DNA from: Curvularia clavata
Taxonomy: Eukaryota
Assembly: GCA_023920165.1 (NCBI GenBank)
Contig: CP089274.1
Location: forward strand, 1,116,001-1,180,000
Length of the DNA: 64,000 nucleotides
Direction: 5' to 3'
Shown: piece by piece, positions 11,021 to 22,265 of the stretch
Layout of the letters: each line of letters starts with the position of its first letter
Position numbering within the stretch: position 1 is the first letter of the stretch
Notes under the pieces: model-generated
Seen by the model: only the letters and a program-made list of their open reading frames with translations
Databases searched by the model: none
Told to the model about the DNA's origin: nothing
Made by a program: the position numbers and the translations under genes

Positions 11021-14000
11021 CTACTGAAAAGCCCCTCGAATCTTCGCATACAACTCCGTATCCAAGAAATTATAATTCGGGTCTGAAAAGCAAAACGGTG
11101 CTCGGAGCAGTGTCTCAGCCGTGGGTCGCTCCATGGGATCAATGGTAAAACAATCGTACATGAAGCTGAGACCTTCAACTCCAATGACACGACTTACATC
11201 CTCAGGGATAGGAGGCGCCTGGTTCAAGCTGCCGAGCTTGTAGATGGCGCCAATGGCTTCTTCCTTGGACCATGGCCGCTTGCCTGCAAACATTTCGAGC
11301 ACTACGCAGCCAAGAGACCAGATGTCAACTTTGGCTGAGTAGCCCTGGCCCTGGGATCGGATTACTTCGGGCGCCATCCAGAAGACGGAACCCTGCATGC
11401 TGTTTGTCACGTCGTTGCCATAAATGTTGTCCGTCTTCTTGGAAATGCCAAAGTCGGAGATCTTGCATGTGCCGTCGAGGTCGAGGAGGATGTTGTCAGC
11501 TTTGAGGTCGCGGTGCAGGATACCTTCGCGGTGGAGGTACGAGAGACCAAGCAGGGTCTGCCGAGTAAGAGATGAAACCACGCTTTCTTCAAACTTGCCG
11601 TGCTTGCGAATGCATGACCCTACTGAACCACCAGAGATATACTCGAGGAAAATGGAAATGCTATACTCTTTGCGTTCGCAACCGAGATACTGCACAATGT
11701 TGGGATGGTCCAGATGCTGCATCGTGTCGATTTCTTGATCCAGACTCTTGACCAGCTCCTTGATCTTGTCCTTGTCCGATCCTGCAGCTTTGGCATTGAC
11801 TTCGACTTGTTTAACAGCAATCAGCTCACCAGTCGTGATGTTCATACCCAGATACACACGACCAAATGTGCCCTTGCCAATCAGTTGACCCTTCATCCAT
11901 TTGAATGTTGGCTGGCGTGACGGCATGCTGGATAGATAGTCCTGAGGGATTGTTTCCATGACAAGACGAGATCCACGCTGTGGTCTAACTTGTTCAGTTC
12001 TGGCATTAAACATCTTGGTAGACTTCCTCCTTATGATATCACCACCATTGCGCAATGTAGCAACGCGTGATGGCCCAGGTCCAGCAGGCACATGGCCTGG
12101 AAGGTTTCTGTTCTCGAGTGGCTGATACTGCGACTTGACGACTTCACGGATAGATTTTGTGCGTCCCAAGCCAGCGCCTGACTTGCGCATGTTGCGTTGT
12201 GCAATCGACTGCAGCCCAGCGCCACCCCGATGGAGAGATGAGTTTGTAGGCATAGGGTCAGCTGGCAGAGGCTTGTTCTCCGGAATAACGTCTACAGATG
12301 AATCCATGTCTGCTTCCTCAAGCATAGGCTGATCGAGATTGACGTTGGGGAAAAGCTCATCGAGGTGGTCCACGAGGGCTTCGGCTGGTGGACGGTTCGC
12401 CCAGACATCGCTGGCAAATGATTCGCGGCGGTTGAACTTGCTCGTGTCGTCGGGTGAGTCGGTCCATGTAGTTGATGCGGCTGATTCAGGGTGGAAATCA
12501 CTTGGTTGGGAGTCGGGGTCGCCCGTTGCGCTATGCTCGGCGGACTTTTCGGTTACCTGCGCTAGTGAATTCTTTGATCTTTGAGTTTTGAGTCGCAGGT
12601 TCGGCCTGCGACTACGGGAGTTGATTCGGGACACGGGTGCATCCTTTTCAGGTGGGGGAGGGCCAGCTCGTCCTGCGAGTGGTGCCTGGAACAGGCCATC
12701 ATCAGAGTCATCATCGTCCGCGTCCATTGGATCGAGGTTAGGTGACTTTGTGATAAAAGAGACCCTGGCTTCTTCGAAATCATGTGTGGGTCCATATACG
12801 GATGCCCTTGACGGTTCTCTACTGAGGCCAGATCCAGATTCTTGTGCCGTATGAGGGCTTCGGCCGGGCGATCGGGATCGATCATCGCGCGACTTGGAGC
12901 CTGCAAAGTCTGGCACCGAGATAGTAAGATCTGGCCGGTCGGGTGAGGGATTTTCTCCAAAAGCTTCTTCATAGTCAGGTATTCTGAACGGTATATTGCC
13001 TTTACTCATGGTATATTCACCAGGGCTGCGGGGTGACCCACCTGGAGTATTTCGACCGGAACCAGGCCTAGCGCCGAAACCGTTTTCTTGTAGTACTTGC
13101 TGCGAGGGCCGGAGACCTTCTGGTGAACTTTCATCCTTGGGTGGAGGAGTTGGGGCCTTGTTAGGTGCTCTATTGGCTGCTCCAATACCAGCCCCCAGGT
13201 TGCCTGCTCCGATTATGGCAGCAGCGATACCGCCTAGACCACTAGCACCCTGAGGTATGGCTTTTCGTTTGTCCGGCTGGGACTCAGCTGAAAGACGCTT
13301 TGATTGGCCGTCGTCACTCTCAGGCCATGAACCCCTATTCTTGTTCCTTGATAACGAGTTAGCTTTCAAAAGGGTACTGGTGTCAGCTGGCACAGGTGGC
13401 GGTTCTCTCAAGGGCACGAGCTGTTTGTTCTTGCGCTGTTGATCGTCAAAGGGCCTCGTCAGATCCTCATAGGGCGAAGCGCGTGGCTCGTCAAAGTCGA
13501 TAACGCGTTGACTCCGGTAACTGATGCTGTCGCTCGTCGCCGAGTTCAGGTCAGGACTCTGTCCATTCATCTTGGGGAAACGGGACTTGAGATATTCTTC
13601 TTGCTTCCGTTTCATTTCCTTGCGGTGTTCTTCTGCTGCAGCTTCGAGCAGCTTCCGCCGTTCTTCCTCAGACACGTCACCACGCGAATCCCAGGACGAT
13701 TCCGGCGGCCTGCTGCTACTGCTACTGCTACCTCCACCACTGCCATTTAATCTGTCGGCAGCATCATTAGGCAAAAGTTCATTCTTTTCTGCCATCTTAC
13801 GCAGAGCTGCGCTCTTGTCTGGAACCAATGTAGATTCTCCCGACTTTGCACCAGGCGAGTCTAGCTGAGAGTCTGCGTTGAGACGCGAGTGTGTATCATC
13901 ATCTCGGGCAGATGCTTGGGGAAGTGAGACACCTAACCCAGTGGATGACGCGGCAGCCCTCTCAGAAGGTATCTTGACGAAGATCTTCAGCTCGCCAAAG

Positions 14001-16102
14001 CGATTTCCGTACTGCGACCGAGCCTTGAGCAGCTTCGAGTCAGAAAGCGGACGATCATGTTCATATTGGCCGGGAACGGTAAGGTGCAGCTCGATCCCGG
14101 ATCTCTGACTCAAGCCTGGATTTAGTTCTTCGCAACATAGTGTTCGCAATGCAGCCGCCGAGTCCGCGTTGGTGATGTCGATAAGGCGGTAATTCCAGCC
14201 GTCAGGTGTAACAAAGGCAAATTTCCTGTCCTCTTTGGCAGCAGCGCGGCTGCGACCAGCAGTGCGATTGTCTGAATCTGTCTGTGCAGAACGCCCGGAC
14301 GCAGGCCGGTCGTTCAGAGAAGTCTCACTCGAATTCATGGCAGACTTTCCAAACAACGACCCATTGGTATGAGTTCGGTGGCTTGCTGGACTAGTCGGTG
14401 AATCTAGACTAGTGTCATCTGCAGATGGATGGCTTTCCTTCTTGCGTCCGCCCATGATCTTCTTGAAGAATCCCTTTTCGTGGTCCTTGGCGCTGGTGGG
14501 GATATCGCTCAGGACTGTGCTGGATCGCGTGCCTTCCCATCCCTTGCGATTTTCATTGCGGCTGTCGGACCGGGCATCAAAGGACCTGCCAGAGGGCGGT
14601 CCGGAGCCCGTGTTGGCAAAAGTCGAATTGATAGACTCGGCGCTGTTGACGCGGTTGTGGGGTGAGTAGTAACGGGACCCTCCTTGGGTGCTCAGACCTG
14701 CGCTAAGCTGTCCGCCGGTTGTGGCAAGACGGGCTGTTGATAGGCCTGGGCTGTGCTGCGGGCTTGACTGACGGTGGCTTCCAGCGCCCAGTGACGATGG
14801 GCCAAATTCGGAAGACGTGTTTGGGCTGTGTCGTACCTGCTTGACGTCAAGGCCTTGGAGCACCTCTCTCGAGTAAGGGCTGCGGGCGGGCCCCTCTGAA
14901 AAGTCGGGCGTCGGCCCCAGACCGGGAACAGTAAAGTTGCGCTGTTGTATGGAAATGCGTCTGGGCGGGTTTGTGGTGGCGCCTGGGGAATGCACAAACA
15001 GTTGGCGACCCGGGCTCTCTTCACCGTTGCCGGCCGTTGTTGGCGTCGAGCCAAAGTCCATGCCCCGGGAGCCAAGGTAGGGTGAGTTCTCGACGGTGCC
15101 TTCTGTGCCTGCGCTCGTCATGCCAGTATCGGACCGTTGGGGCGGAGGCCGGTATGAATGGCTAGGCCCGGTCTCGACAATTGCGCGAACAAGCCTGCGG
15201 AGTTTGCGGCCTTCATCCCTCTCTCTGTTCTGATCCCAGCCGGTGCCGCTTGCTGTGCACTGCTTGGCTAGCTGTGGGAAGATGACCTGATGCATCATAG
15301 CGACGTTTCCCTTGCTTCCATGGCCACGCCCAATGTCCAAGAATTTGGAACCCTCGAGCCCCAGGGTCCTGAACGTTTCCTGCCAGTCGCGGGAGAAGCC
15401 GTTGCTTGCCAGCCACTGCTGGACGCGCTCAGCAGGCCATTGCATGGATGCGTCATGTGGAGATATTGGGGTGGTGCCACTGCTTTCTGTGCGATAGTAG
15501 ACACTGCCGTGGCTCTGGGCCATTGGGTTTTGCAGGGTTGCTGTAGGAGGACCGGGCGAGTCATAGGCGTTGTTTCTGTCGATGGGTATATTGAGGTTGT
15601 TGTTTCGTCCATTGGGCACGTTGTAGCCATTGTTGGAGCCGTACTGCACGCTCTGTACGCTGTCGAGGAGGCTGCTGGAAAAGCCCTGGGTCGAGCCATC
15701 GGTAGTGGCTGAATGGTTGTCGTCTCTGTAGTAGGGCTCCGAGTAGCCTCTTGACGTGTGCAGCGGGGGAATGCCAACGCCTGGTCCAAATGACTCGCCG
15801 CCGGGGATGTAAGTAGCCGAGGTCAGAGGAGGCTCGCGTTCGACGGGGATCTGCTGGGGCGGCGGAGGGCCTGGTGGAGGAGGGATGTTGTGAGGGTAGT
15901 TGCGATACTGGCCCGGGTCGTAGCCTGGCTGCTGGTACTGTGGCCTTGGAGGACCCCAGCTGTTGGTGTGTGGGGGAGGGGGGATGGGGATGCCGCCCAG
16001 GTTGTTGTAGCCTGTTGGCCGTGGCGGCGGCGGGGGAAGCGCAATATGGCCAGCGGGAGTGCTCGAAGGCTGCGGCGGCGGGGGCGGGATGTACTGATGC
16101 AT
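11021..16102 (-). CDS. BCK1: Cell-wall-integrity MAP kinase kinase kinase (1693 aa, single ORF)
   Basis: C-terminal STE11-family kinase (GQLIGKGTFGRVYLG, AVKQVE, HRDLKADN, DFG, GSVFWMAPE). Bck1-type motifs W..E.V..WL..NGFS.DW..TF, FVTPDGWNYRLIDIT, WANRPPAE.LVDHLDELFP. Strong start context GCCGCCATG. Confidence 0.96.
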   Translation of the reverse strand: MHQYIPPPPPQPSSTPAGHIALPPPPPRPTGYNNLGGIPIPPPPHTNSWGPPRPQYQQPGYDPGQYRNYPHNIPPPPGPPPPQQIPVEREPPLTSATYIPGGESFGPGVGIPPLHTSRGYSEPYYRDDNHSATTDGSTQGFSSSLLDSVQSVQYGSNNGYNVPNGRNNNLNIPIDRNNAYDSPGPPTATLQNPMAQSHGSVYYRTESSGTTPISPHDASMQWPAERVQQWLASNGFSRDWQETFRTLGLEGSKFLDIGRGHGSKGNVAMMHQVIFPQLAKQCTASGTGWDQNRERDEGRKLRRLVRAIVETGPSHSYRPPPQRSDTGMTSAGTEGTVENSPYLGSRGMDFGSTPTTAGNGEESPGRQLFVHSPGATTNPPRRISIQQRNFTVPGLGPTPDFSEGPARSPYSREVLQGLDVKQVRHSPNTSSEFGPSSLGAGSHRQSSPQHSPGLSTARLATTGGQLSAGLSTQGGSRYYSPHNRVNSAESINSTFANTGSGPPSGRSFDARSDSRNENRKGWEGTRSSTVLSDIPTSAKDHEKGFFKKIMGGRKKESHPSADDTSLDSPTSPASHRTHTNGSLFGKSAMNSSETSLNDRPASGRSAQTDSDNRTAGRSRAAAKEDRKFAFVTPDGWNYRLIDITNADSAAALRTLCCEELNPGLSQRSGIELHLTVPGQYEHDRPLSDSKLLKARSQYGNRFGELKIFVKIPSERAAASSTGLGVSLPQASARDDDTHSRLNADSQLDSPGAKSGESTLVPDKSAALRKMAEKNELLPNDAADRLNGSGGGSSSSSSRPPESSWDSRGDVSEEERRKLLEAAAEEHRKEMKRKQEEYLKSRFPKMNGQSPDLNSATSDSISYRSQRVIDFDEPRASPYEDLTRPFDDQQRKNKQLVPLREPPPVPADTSTLLKANSLSRNKNRGSWPESDDGQSKRLSAESQPDKRKAIPQGASGLGGIAAAIIGAGNLGAGIGAANRAPNKAPTPPPKDESSPEGLRPSQQVLQENGFGARPGSGRNTPGGSPRSPGEYTMSKGNIPFRIPDYEEAFGENPSPDRPDLTISVPDFAGSKSRDDRSRSPGRSPHTAQESGSGLSREPSRASVYGPTHDFEEARVSFITKSPNLDPMDADDDDSDDGLFQAPLAGRAGPPPPEKDAPVSRINSRSRRPNLRLKTQRSKNSLAQVTEKSAEHSATGDPDSQPSDFHPESAASTTWTDSPDDTSKFNRRESFASDVWANRPPAEALVDHLDELFPNVNLDQPMLEEADMDSSVDVIPENKPLPADPMPTNSSLHRGGAGLQSIAQRNMRKSGAGLGRTKSIREVVKSQYQPLENRNLPGHVPAGPGPSRVATLRNGGDIIRRKSTKMFNARTEQVRPQRGSRLVMETIPQDYLSSMPSRQPTFKWMKGQLIGKGTFGRVYLGMNITTGELIAVKQVEVNAKAAGSDKDKIKELVKSLDQEIDTMQHLDHPNIVQYLGCERKEYSISIFLEYISGGSVGSCIRKHGKFEESVVSSLTRQTLLGLSYLHREGILHRDLKADNILLDLDGTCKISDFGISKKTDNIYGNDVTNSMQGSVFWMAPEVIRSQGQGYSAKVDIWSLGCVVLEMFAGKRPWSKEEAIGAIYKLGSLNQAPPIPEDVSRVIGVEGLSFMYDCFTIDPMERPTAETLLRAPFCFSDPNYNFLDTELYAKIRGAFQ

Positions 16103-18839
16103 GGCGGCTGGGCCCTGGCGGCGATGGGCAGATCAGCGGTGGTGTGCGCCCTTGGGCGCAGGCTCGCAGGAGGAGAGTTCCCAACGACAGCGACGACGAT
16201 AGCGACGACGACGACGGATGGAGCTGGCCTCGAGTAGTCAGACGCCAATGGCGTCAGAGATGACGACGAGGGCAGCGTGGGCGGGGATTGGGCAGCACGA
16301 GGCGGGTGTTGCGGGCGGGCCTATAGAGGGTTGGATATGCTTGGTGGATAGGTTGGACGGGGTTGTTTGTCGGACGTGAGTGGGCATGTCTCGCCAGCAG
16401 CGAGGGCGGGCGTTGGAGCGTGGGATGGGGTCAGCTCAAGGGCGCCGTCTCATGGCGAGCAGCCGCTGCCAGCTGTAGCGTTGTTGCGAGCTTGGGCTGC
16501 TGTGTCTGTGACGGAGCGTGGATATGTCCTTGGCTGGTACCTTTTCTCAGGTATGCCGTCGATCCAGGACGCGCAGGTGGGTCTGCCGCAGCTAGCTCGA
16601 CTACTGCAATGCAATGCCCTCTATGGTGCGGAGCCCGAGGCCTGGCAAGACACGGACACACATGAACCCTCCAACACTCGCAAAACCGGTCCGGGGGCGT
16701 TGTAGTACTGGGGAGCTGCCGCGGCCAGCCGACAAGAGAGGCGGAGGCGCGGGCGTGGGCGCTTGGGAGAATGAGCCTGTGTGAGCCTGGCCGTCGCAAC
16801 AAAGACGGGACGGAAGAGGTGGGCGGCGGATGCAGGGACGCGACCGCTTCCAACAGCGATGGTGATTATGATTGTGATGAGGATAGCGGGTGCGCGCAAA
16901 CGAGCGTCCAAGCGTGTGCGCCGGCAAAATGGGCAGAGCAGAGCGACTATGTTGAGCAGAACAGGGCCGAACAGTCGCCAGGACGGGGCGCGGGGGCAGC
17001 GAAGGAGATGGTCGGCGTCCCCAGCTGGGCCAGGAGCGGAGCGGGCGTGTGTGCAGGCGCCGGTGTAGGCGACGAGAGTGAATTGCTGCTGTATGATTTG
17101 CTGCTAGACACGCCCGTCAGCCGTCGTATGCCTCAGACACCAACGTCTTCGTCAGCCGTTTATGCCGTCTGCCTGCTGTCTTTGCCTAGCATTCACGTCA
17201 CACGAGCTCGTGGCGGTGCGCCGCCTCGATGTGGCGCATGCACCCAGAAACGCCACAGACAAGCCATGTAAGACTATGGACTACTGTGTATACCACAAAA
17301 AGCACTATTCGTTGAGCCCCAGTGTTGGTCTCCAATGTGCCCTGCCATTGGTCGCTTCTCCACGCATACCAACATCGGAGCCGCCCAAGGAACATAATAC
17401 TGCCTACATCCCAGCGACCACTTTGGCTCGCACCAGACGCTCATGTCAGTCCACACTTGCTTCGACGTATACTCGCTTCACCTAGCCCGGCGAACCAAGT
17501 GGGCCCCGAGTTCGGACCATCTCCCTTACTCCTCCATCACATGAGACATGAAACATGCCCATCTACAAAATCCATGGCCATTGTATAGTATGTTAGGTCT
17601 CTTTGCAGCTGAGCTGGCGCACTTCGACATGGTAGTATCAAAGCTCCTTCTCTGCTGCAATTGCACTGTGAGCCCGCTGTGCCCAACATTAGCTTCGCCG
17701 GTGTTTCCTTGCGTATCTTCGTGGTCATTGTTGGCCTTTTGGCCTCATGGTACCTACCAGTCTCCGCGGAGAGTATTTGAAAAACGTGAGCCAATTCATG
17801 TTGAAGACGTGTGAGAGGCAAACAGCAGTTCAGACAGACTGTGATCTGAAGCATTGCAATATTCAAAATGAGTTTTGCGTCCGAGCAAGTAAGAAGATGG
17901 GCTCCATTCATTCGTCAATCCCAAGCTCCTGTCATATCCAACAACCTTGTCGTCTGCATCAAATCTATCCAGACTGTCGGTGCACTCAGTCCCTTGCTAC
18001 CGCGGCTGTCTAGAAAATCAAATTTCTGTTTTGCGATACGCGGCCGGCATCATGGAAGATGCAGAAAAAAACCCCCCATCAATGGCCCGCTCCGACTGGT
18101 GGTCAAACTGCTTGAGCGCATAATTTCACGTAGCGTGGGATACGCAGATGCGCGTCGAGGAGCCAGGCAGATTAATGGGTACTGGGTGACGAGGACCGCG
18201 AAGTTAAATGCCAGATCGCCGCTCCAGCAAGAGTTGATGGAAGAGCCAAATCGATGACAATGGCAAGAAGGAGAGGCGGATTTCCAGCTTTGCAGATCGT
18301 GTAGTACAAAGGACTAGTGACATGAACTAACAGCAGAGCCTCATTCCAAAGTTAGCACACACCACAAAACCCCATCGCGATGCACGCCATGTCATGATGT
18401 CGCGAGACAATATCGCCATGTGTCTCTTCACCGGCAGAGTTTATTCGCACCGTCAGGCGACGTGCAGACAGCTTGCCGCGAATGGCGCACCTGTCTTGCG
18501 ACGTGCTCTAGTTCTAGCCCACTCTGAATCGTAGCTGCAACTGCACGCATCTGGCAACCGGGCAGCGCAGAACCATGGTCTCACGCCACCTGAGCTGACA
18601 GATACGGCCGCAGTCTGCACGTCGCGTTGCTACAGTGGTGCGGTATTCGCATATCCACCCAATGCATTCGCACGAGAGGCTCCCAACAAGGCTATCAGCC
18701 GGCAAGACCCGGACATGACCTCATTGCTGTCGTTGCGGTTTGCATGCTTTAAAAGAAGCTGTCCCCAACCATCACTACAACACCATCTACAATTCAACAC
18801 TCTAGCTCAAAGCTTCTTTGCCATTGACACCTTGGCACC

Positions 18840-20658
18840 ATGGCGCAGGATCTCCGCTCCCAGGAGATTAAGAATCCCATTGACATCGCCGAGGCGAGTA
18901 CGCCATTTCGTATACCATTGGCCCTAGCTAATCGGGGCACAGTACCTCTTCCGCCGACTACAACAGGTCGGCGTTGAGTCAATTCACGGCGTGCCAGGCG
19001 ACTACAACCTCGTTGCTCTCGACTACATTCCAAAAGTTGGCCTGAAATGGGTCGGCAACTGCAATGAGCTCAACGCTGGTATGTGAGACACTGCTCTTCC
19101 GCAATGCCCGCTAACATTACACGCAGGATACGCTGCCGATGGCTATGCCCGCGTCAAAGGCATCTCTGCACTCGTCACCACATTTGGCGTTGGAGAACTT
19201 TCCGCAGTCAACGCAATTGCCGGTGCTTACTCTGAATTTGTGCCAATTGTGCACATTGTAGGCTATCCCTCCACCGTCTCGCAGAAGAATGGCGCCCTGC
19301 TTCACCACACGCTCGGAAACGGCGACTTTACCGTCTTCTCGCGCATGTCCAAGGAAATCTCATGTGCTGTTTCCATGCTTAACCACCAGCACGAGGCTGC
19401 TATGCTGATCGACAATGCCATCCGCGAGTGCTATCTTAAATCCAGGCCCGTCTACATTTCGCTACCCAGCGATATGGTGACCAAGAAGGTCGATGGTGAT
19501 CGGTTGAACACGCCCCTCGACTTGGAGTATCCACCAAACGACCAAGAAGCGGAAGATTACGTCGTCGACGTGGTGCTTAAGTACCTCCACGCGGCCAAGA
19601 ACCCCGTTATTTTGGTTGACGCATGCGCCATCCGTCATCGGGCCCTCAAAGAGACACACGAGTTGGTCAAGAAATCCGGCATCCCAACATTTGTTGCACC
19701 CATGGGCAAAGGTGCAGTAGACGAGACGCTTCCCAACTACGGCGGCGTATACGCAGGCGACGGATCAAATGCTGGTGTTCGCGAGCGCGTCGAGTCGTCT
19801 GACCTTATTCTCAACATCGGCCCCATCAAGTCCGACTTCAACACTGCAGGCTTCACCATCCGCATGTCGCAGCTCAACACAATCGACCTGCACAGCTACG
19901 GCTGCAAAGTCCGCTACTCAGAGTACCCCAACATCCGCATGAACGGCGTCCTTTCCAAGGTTACTGCCAAACTAGGCCAACTCAACATCCAATCCGGCCC
20001 CAAACCCAACAACGAAATCCCCAAAGCAGAAGAAACCACTTCGGACAACGCCATCAAGCATGCCTGGTTCTGGCCCAGGCTAGGTCAATGGCTCCGGAAA
20101 GACGACATCCTCATCACCGAAACCGGTACCTCCAACTTTGGTGTCTGGGAAACTCGTTTCCCCGCAAACGTCAGCGCCATCTCCCAAGTCCTCTGGGGCT
20201 CCATTGGCTATGCCACAGGCTCCTGTCAAGGCGCGGCCCTCGCCGCCAAAGAATGCAATATCAAGCGCACCATTCTCTTTACCGGCGACGGCTCCTTCCA
20301 GCTGACCGCACAGGAAGTCTCCACCATGCTCCGCAACAAGCTGAACCCCATCATCTTTGTCATCTGCAACAAGGGCTACACCATCGAACGCCTGATCCAC
20401 GGCTGGGAAGACGCATACAACGACGTCCAGGAGTGGCGCTACAAAGACATTCCAGCCGTGTTTGGTGCAGAAGAGGGAAGCGTGCTGACGTATAGGGTGC
20501 AGACAAAGGAGGAGGTGGAAAAGTTGTTCCAGGACGAGGAGTTTTCGAGTGGCGAGACGACAAAGATGCGGTTTGTGGAGTTGGTGATGCCTTGGGACGA
20601 TGCGCCGGCGGCTCTGAAGGCGGTTGCCGCTGCGGCAGCGAAGAGGAATGCGGAGTAG
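18840..20658 (+). CDS. PDC1: Pyruvate decarboxylase (introns 18894..18942 GC-AG and 19079..19126)
   Basis: Spliced N-terminus [41 protein letters not shown]...[22 protein letters not shown]-binding motif GDGSFQLT...[23 protein letters not shown]. Confidence 0.96.
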
Positions 20659-21039
20659 ATTTCTTTTTCTTTCTGTTTTTCTCTCTTCCTCTCTTTGTTC
20701 TTCAAGAGAGCTATTTTATGGGGAATAAAATAAGGCTGGGGTAATGACGGATATGAATGATGAACTGAATCTCTTCTCCTTCTCTGTACGTAGTATAAGG
20801 CATATTCGAATGATACGAAATTATGTTTTCATCGCAAGTGCATTTGGAATCCTAGATTACTACTCCATGTGAATTGGATGTTTGAAATACTAGACTCTGA
20901 TGATATACTTACTTACCTATTACTTGGCTTAACCCTTCGTATTTTGCCATTCGCCTTGATTTATTTTTATGGGGGTTATTTTTTTTTCCAGACGCGCAAA
21001 ATACCACCTTACCCAAGCCCCCTCAACTATCCACTTCAC

Positions 21040-21837
21040 TTACAACAATACCGCTCCTATCCCAACCAAGACTACTGTCCCCACCCCCAACCATACATTC
21101 CTGCCAACAGCTACATTACTCTCTGGCCCCGTATACCCCCCACTCCCGTTCCCACTCTGATTTCCCCCACCCGTCTCCACCGGTCTGGGAGGAGGGAACG
21201 TCGTCGTCGGCGTGCCTGTGAGGTTCTGCACTCTAATCCAATTCGATGCCAGCACCGCCTCCTCACTCAGTCCCGCGTCCCTCAGAAAACTAAGCACATT
21301 AAACCCCACCCTGTTGTTCGCTAGCCCCGAATACTGTTCTGGGATACTGAATCCCGCGGGCTGCGGAAGGAGGATAAAGTTATAGGCATGCGGGATGTCG
21401 CCGACGGGTGGGGAGGGTTGCAGGTAGGGAGCGGGGTTTTGCTCTGGAATTGAAAGGAAAGGCGTGGACAAGGTGGTGTTGGGGGCGAGCCAGTGGAGGA
21501 GCGGGACGCGTGTGCCGTTGCGCGGGACATCGATGTCGATCATGAAGAGGATGTAGGAAGTGGAAGTGTTGTTGGAGGTGGATTGGGGAGTGTAGCCGAT
21601 TGAGGGGCGCTGAGCGGTTACTGTTGAGCGGTTAGCGGTGTCTGGTGGTAGCGCATGGAGAGTAAACCTACTTGGCCGAGGAAGCTGTTCCCCAGGAGGA
21701 GAAACCGTATCGTTGCCATTGTAAACCACCGTCAAGTTACTGTTTCCGCCGCTCAGAGGAAAGCCGGGCGCTACGTCTGCGGTCGCGATATGGGTTCCAG
21801 CTAGCAACAGTGCTGCTGCATTGACGAGCTTATTCAT
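21040..21837 (-). CDS. Secreted, probably GPI-anchored PEBP (phosphatidylethanolamine-binding)-like protein (probable intron 21621..21671)
   Basis: Signal peptide MNKLVNAAALLLAGTHIATA; PEBP-type motifs MIDIDVP, LLHWL, YLQPSPP..D.PHAYNFIL; G/S-rich linker and hydrophobic C-terminal tail. Start may instead be ATG 21849. Confidence 0.8.
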   Translation of the reverse strand: MNKLVNAAALLLAGTHIATADVAPGFPLSGGNSNLTVVYNGNDTVSPPGEQLPRPSRFTLHALPPDTANRSTVTAQRPSIGYTPQSTSNNTSTSYILFMIDIDVPRNGTRVPLLHWLAPNTTLSTPFLSIPEQNPAPYLQPSPPVGDIPHAYNFILLPQPAGFSIPEQYSGLANNRVGFNVLSFLRDAGLSEEAVLASNWIRVQNLTGTPTTTFPPPRPVETGGGNQSGNGSGGYTGPESNVAVGRNVWLGVGTVVLVGIGAVLL

Positions 21838-22265
21838 GTTGGCATACATGGCGCTTTCGGTTCGCTTTGGAAGAGCGATGCGGAGAGTTCTGGGAGACTG
21901 TCGCAAGGTACCAAGCACAGCCTGTTTATTAACCTTGTCAGGTTCGAAAGCTACCCCGGCAGCATTGATAGGTTATTCCACGCGTTCCTAGTCCATGACG
22001 TCGTTGACGCACGACGGCTCCTTGTCAATTGCAGCACAAAGACGCGCCGAGAGCAAGGGTCATATCCGCGGCAGTTTGCTTTCCATCTACATACCGAACG
22101 CCATCCCGCAGAGCAAATGGTGCAAAAGCAAGAGTTAGCCAACCATGTGCGCACGACTGCATTTGGTCTAAGCTCTATTTCTAGGAAACCTCATTTCCAT
22201 CATCTTTTTCATGCTAAAAGCATTCGTTTGATCGGCATTGGCATTATGCCTTTTTGTCACCCAAT

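Noticed and set aside
15823..16248. Upstream overlapping ORF or N-terminal extension of BCK1
   Set aside because: It starts at TTG, runs through a (GTC)n-like tract and is out of frame; ATG 16102 has optimal context.
17540..18260. Short ORFs in the BCK1-PDC divergent intergenic region
   Set aside because: No motifs, coherent splice structure or coding-like composition.
18840..20720. TPP riboswitch or stop-codon readthrough PTS1 at PDC, ADE12 or BNA6
   Set aside because: No TPP aptamer consensus seen; the stops lack the TGA-CTA context and the extensions do not end in an SKL-like tripeptide.
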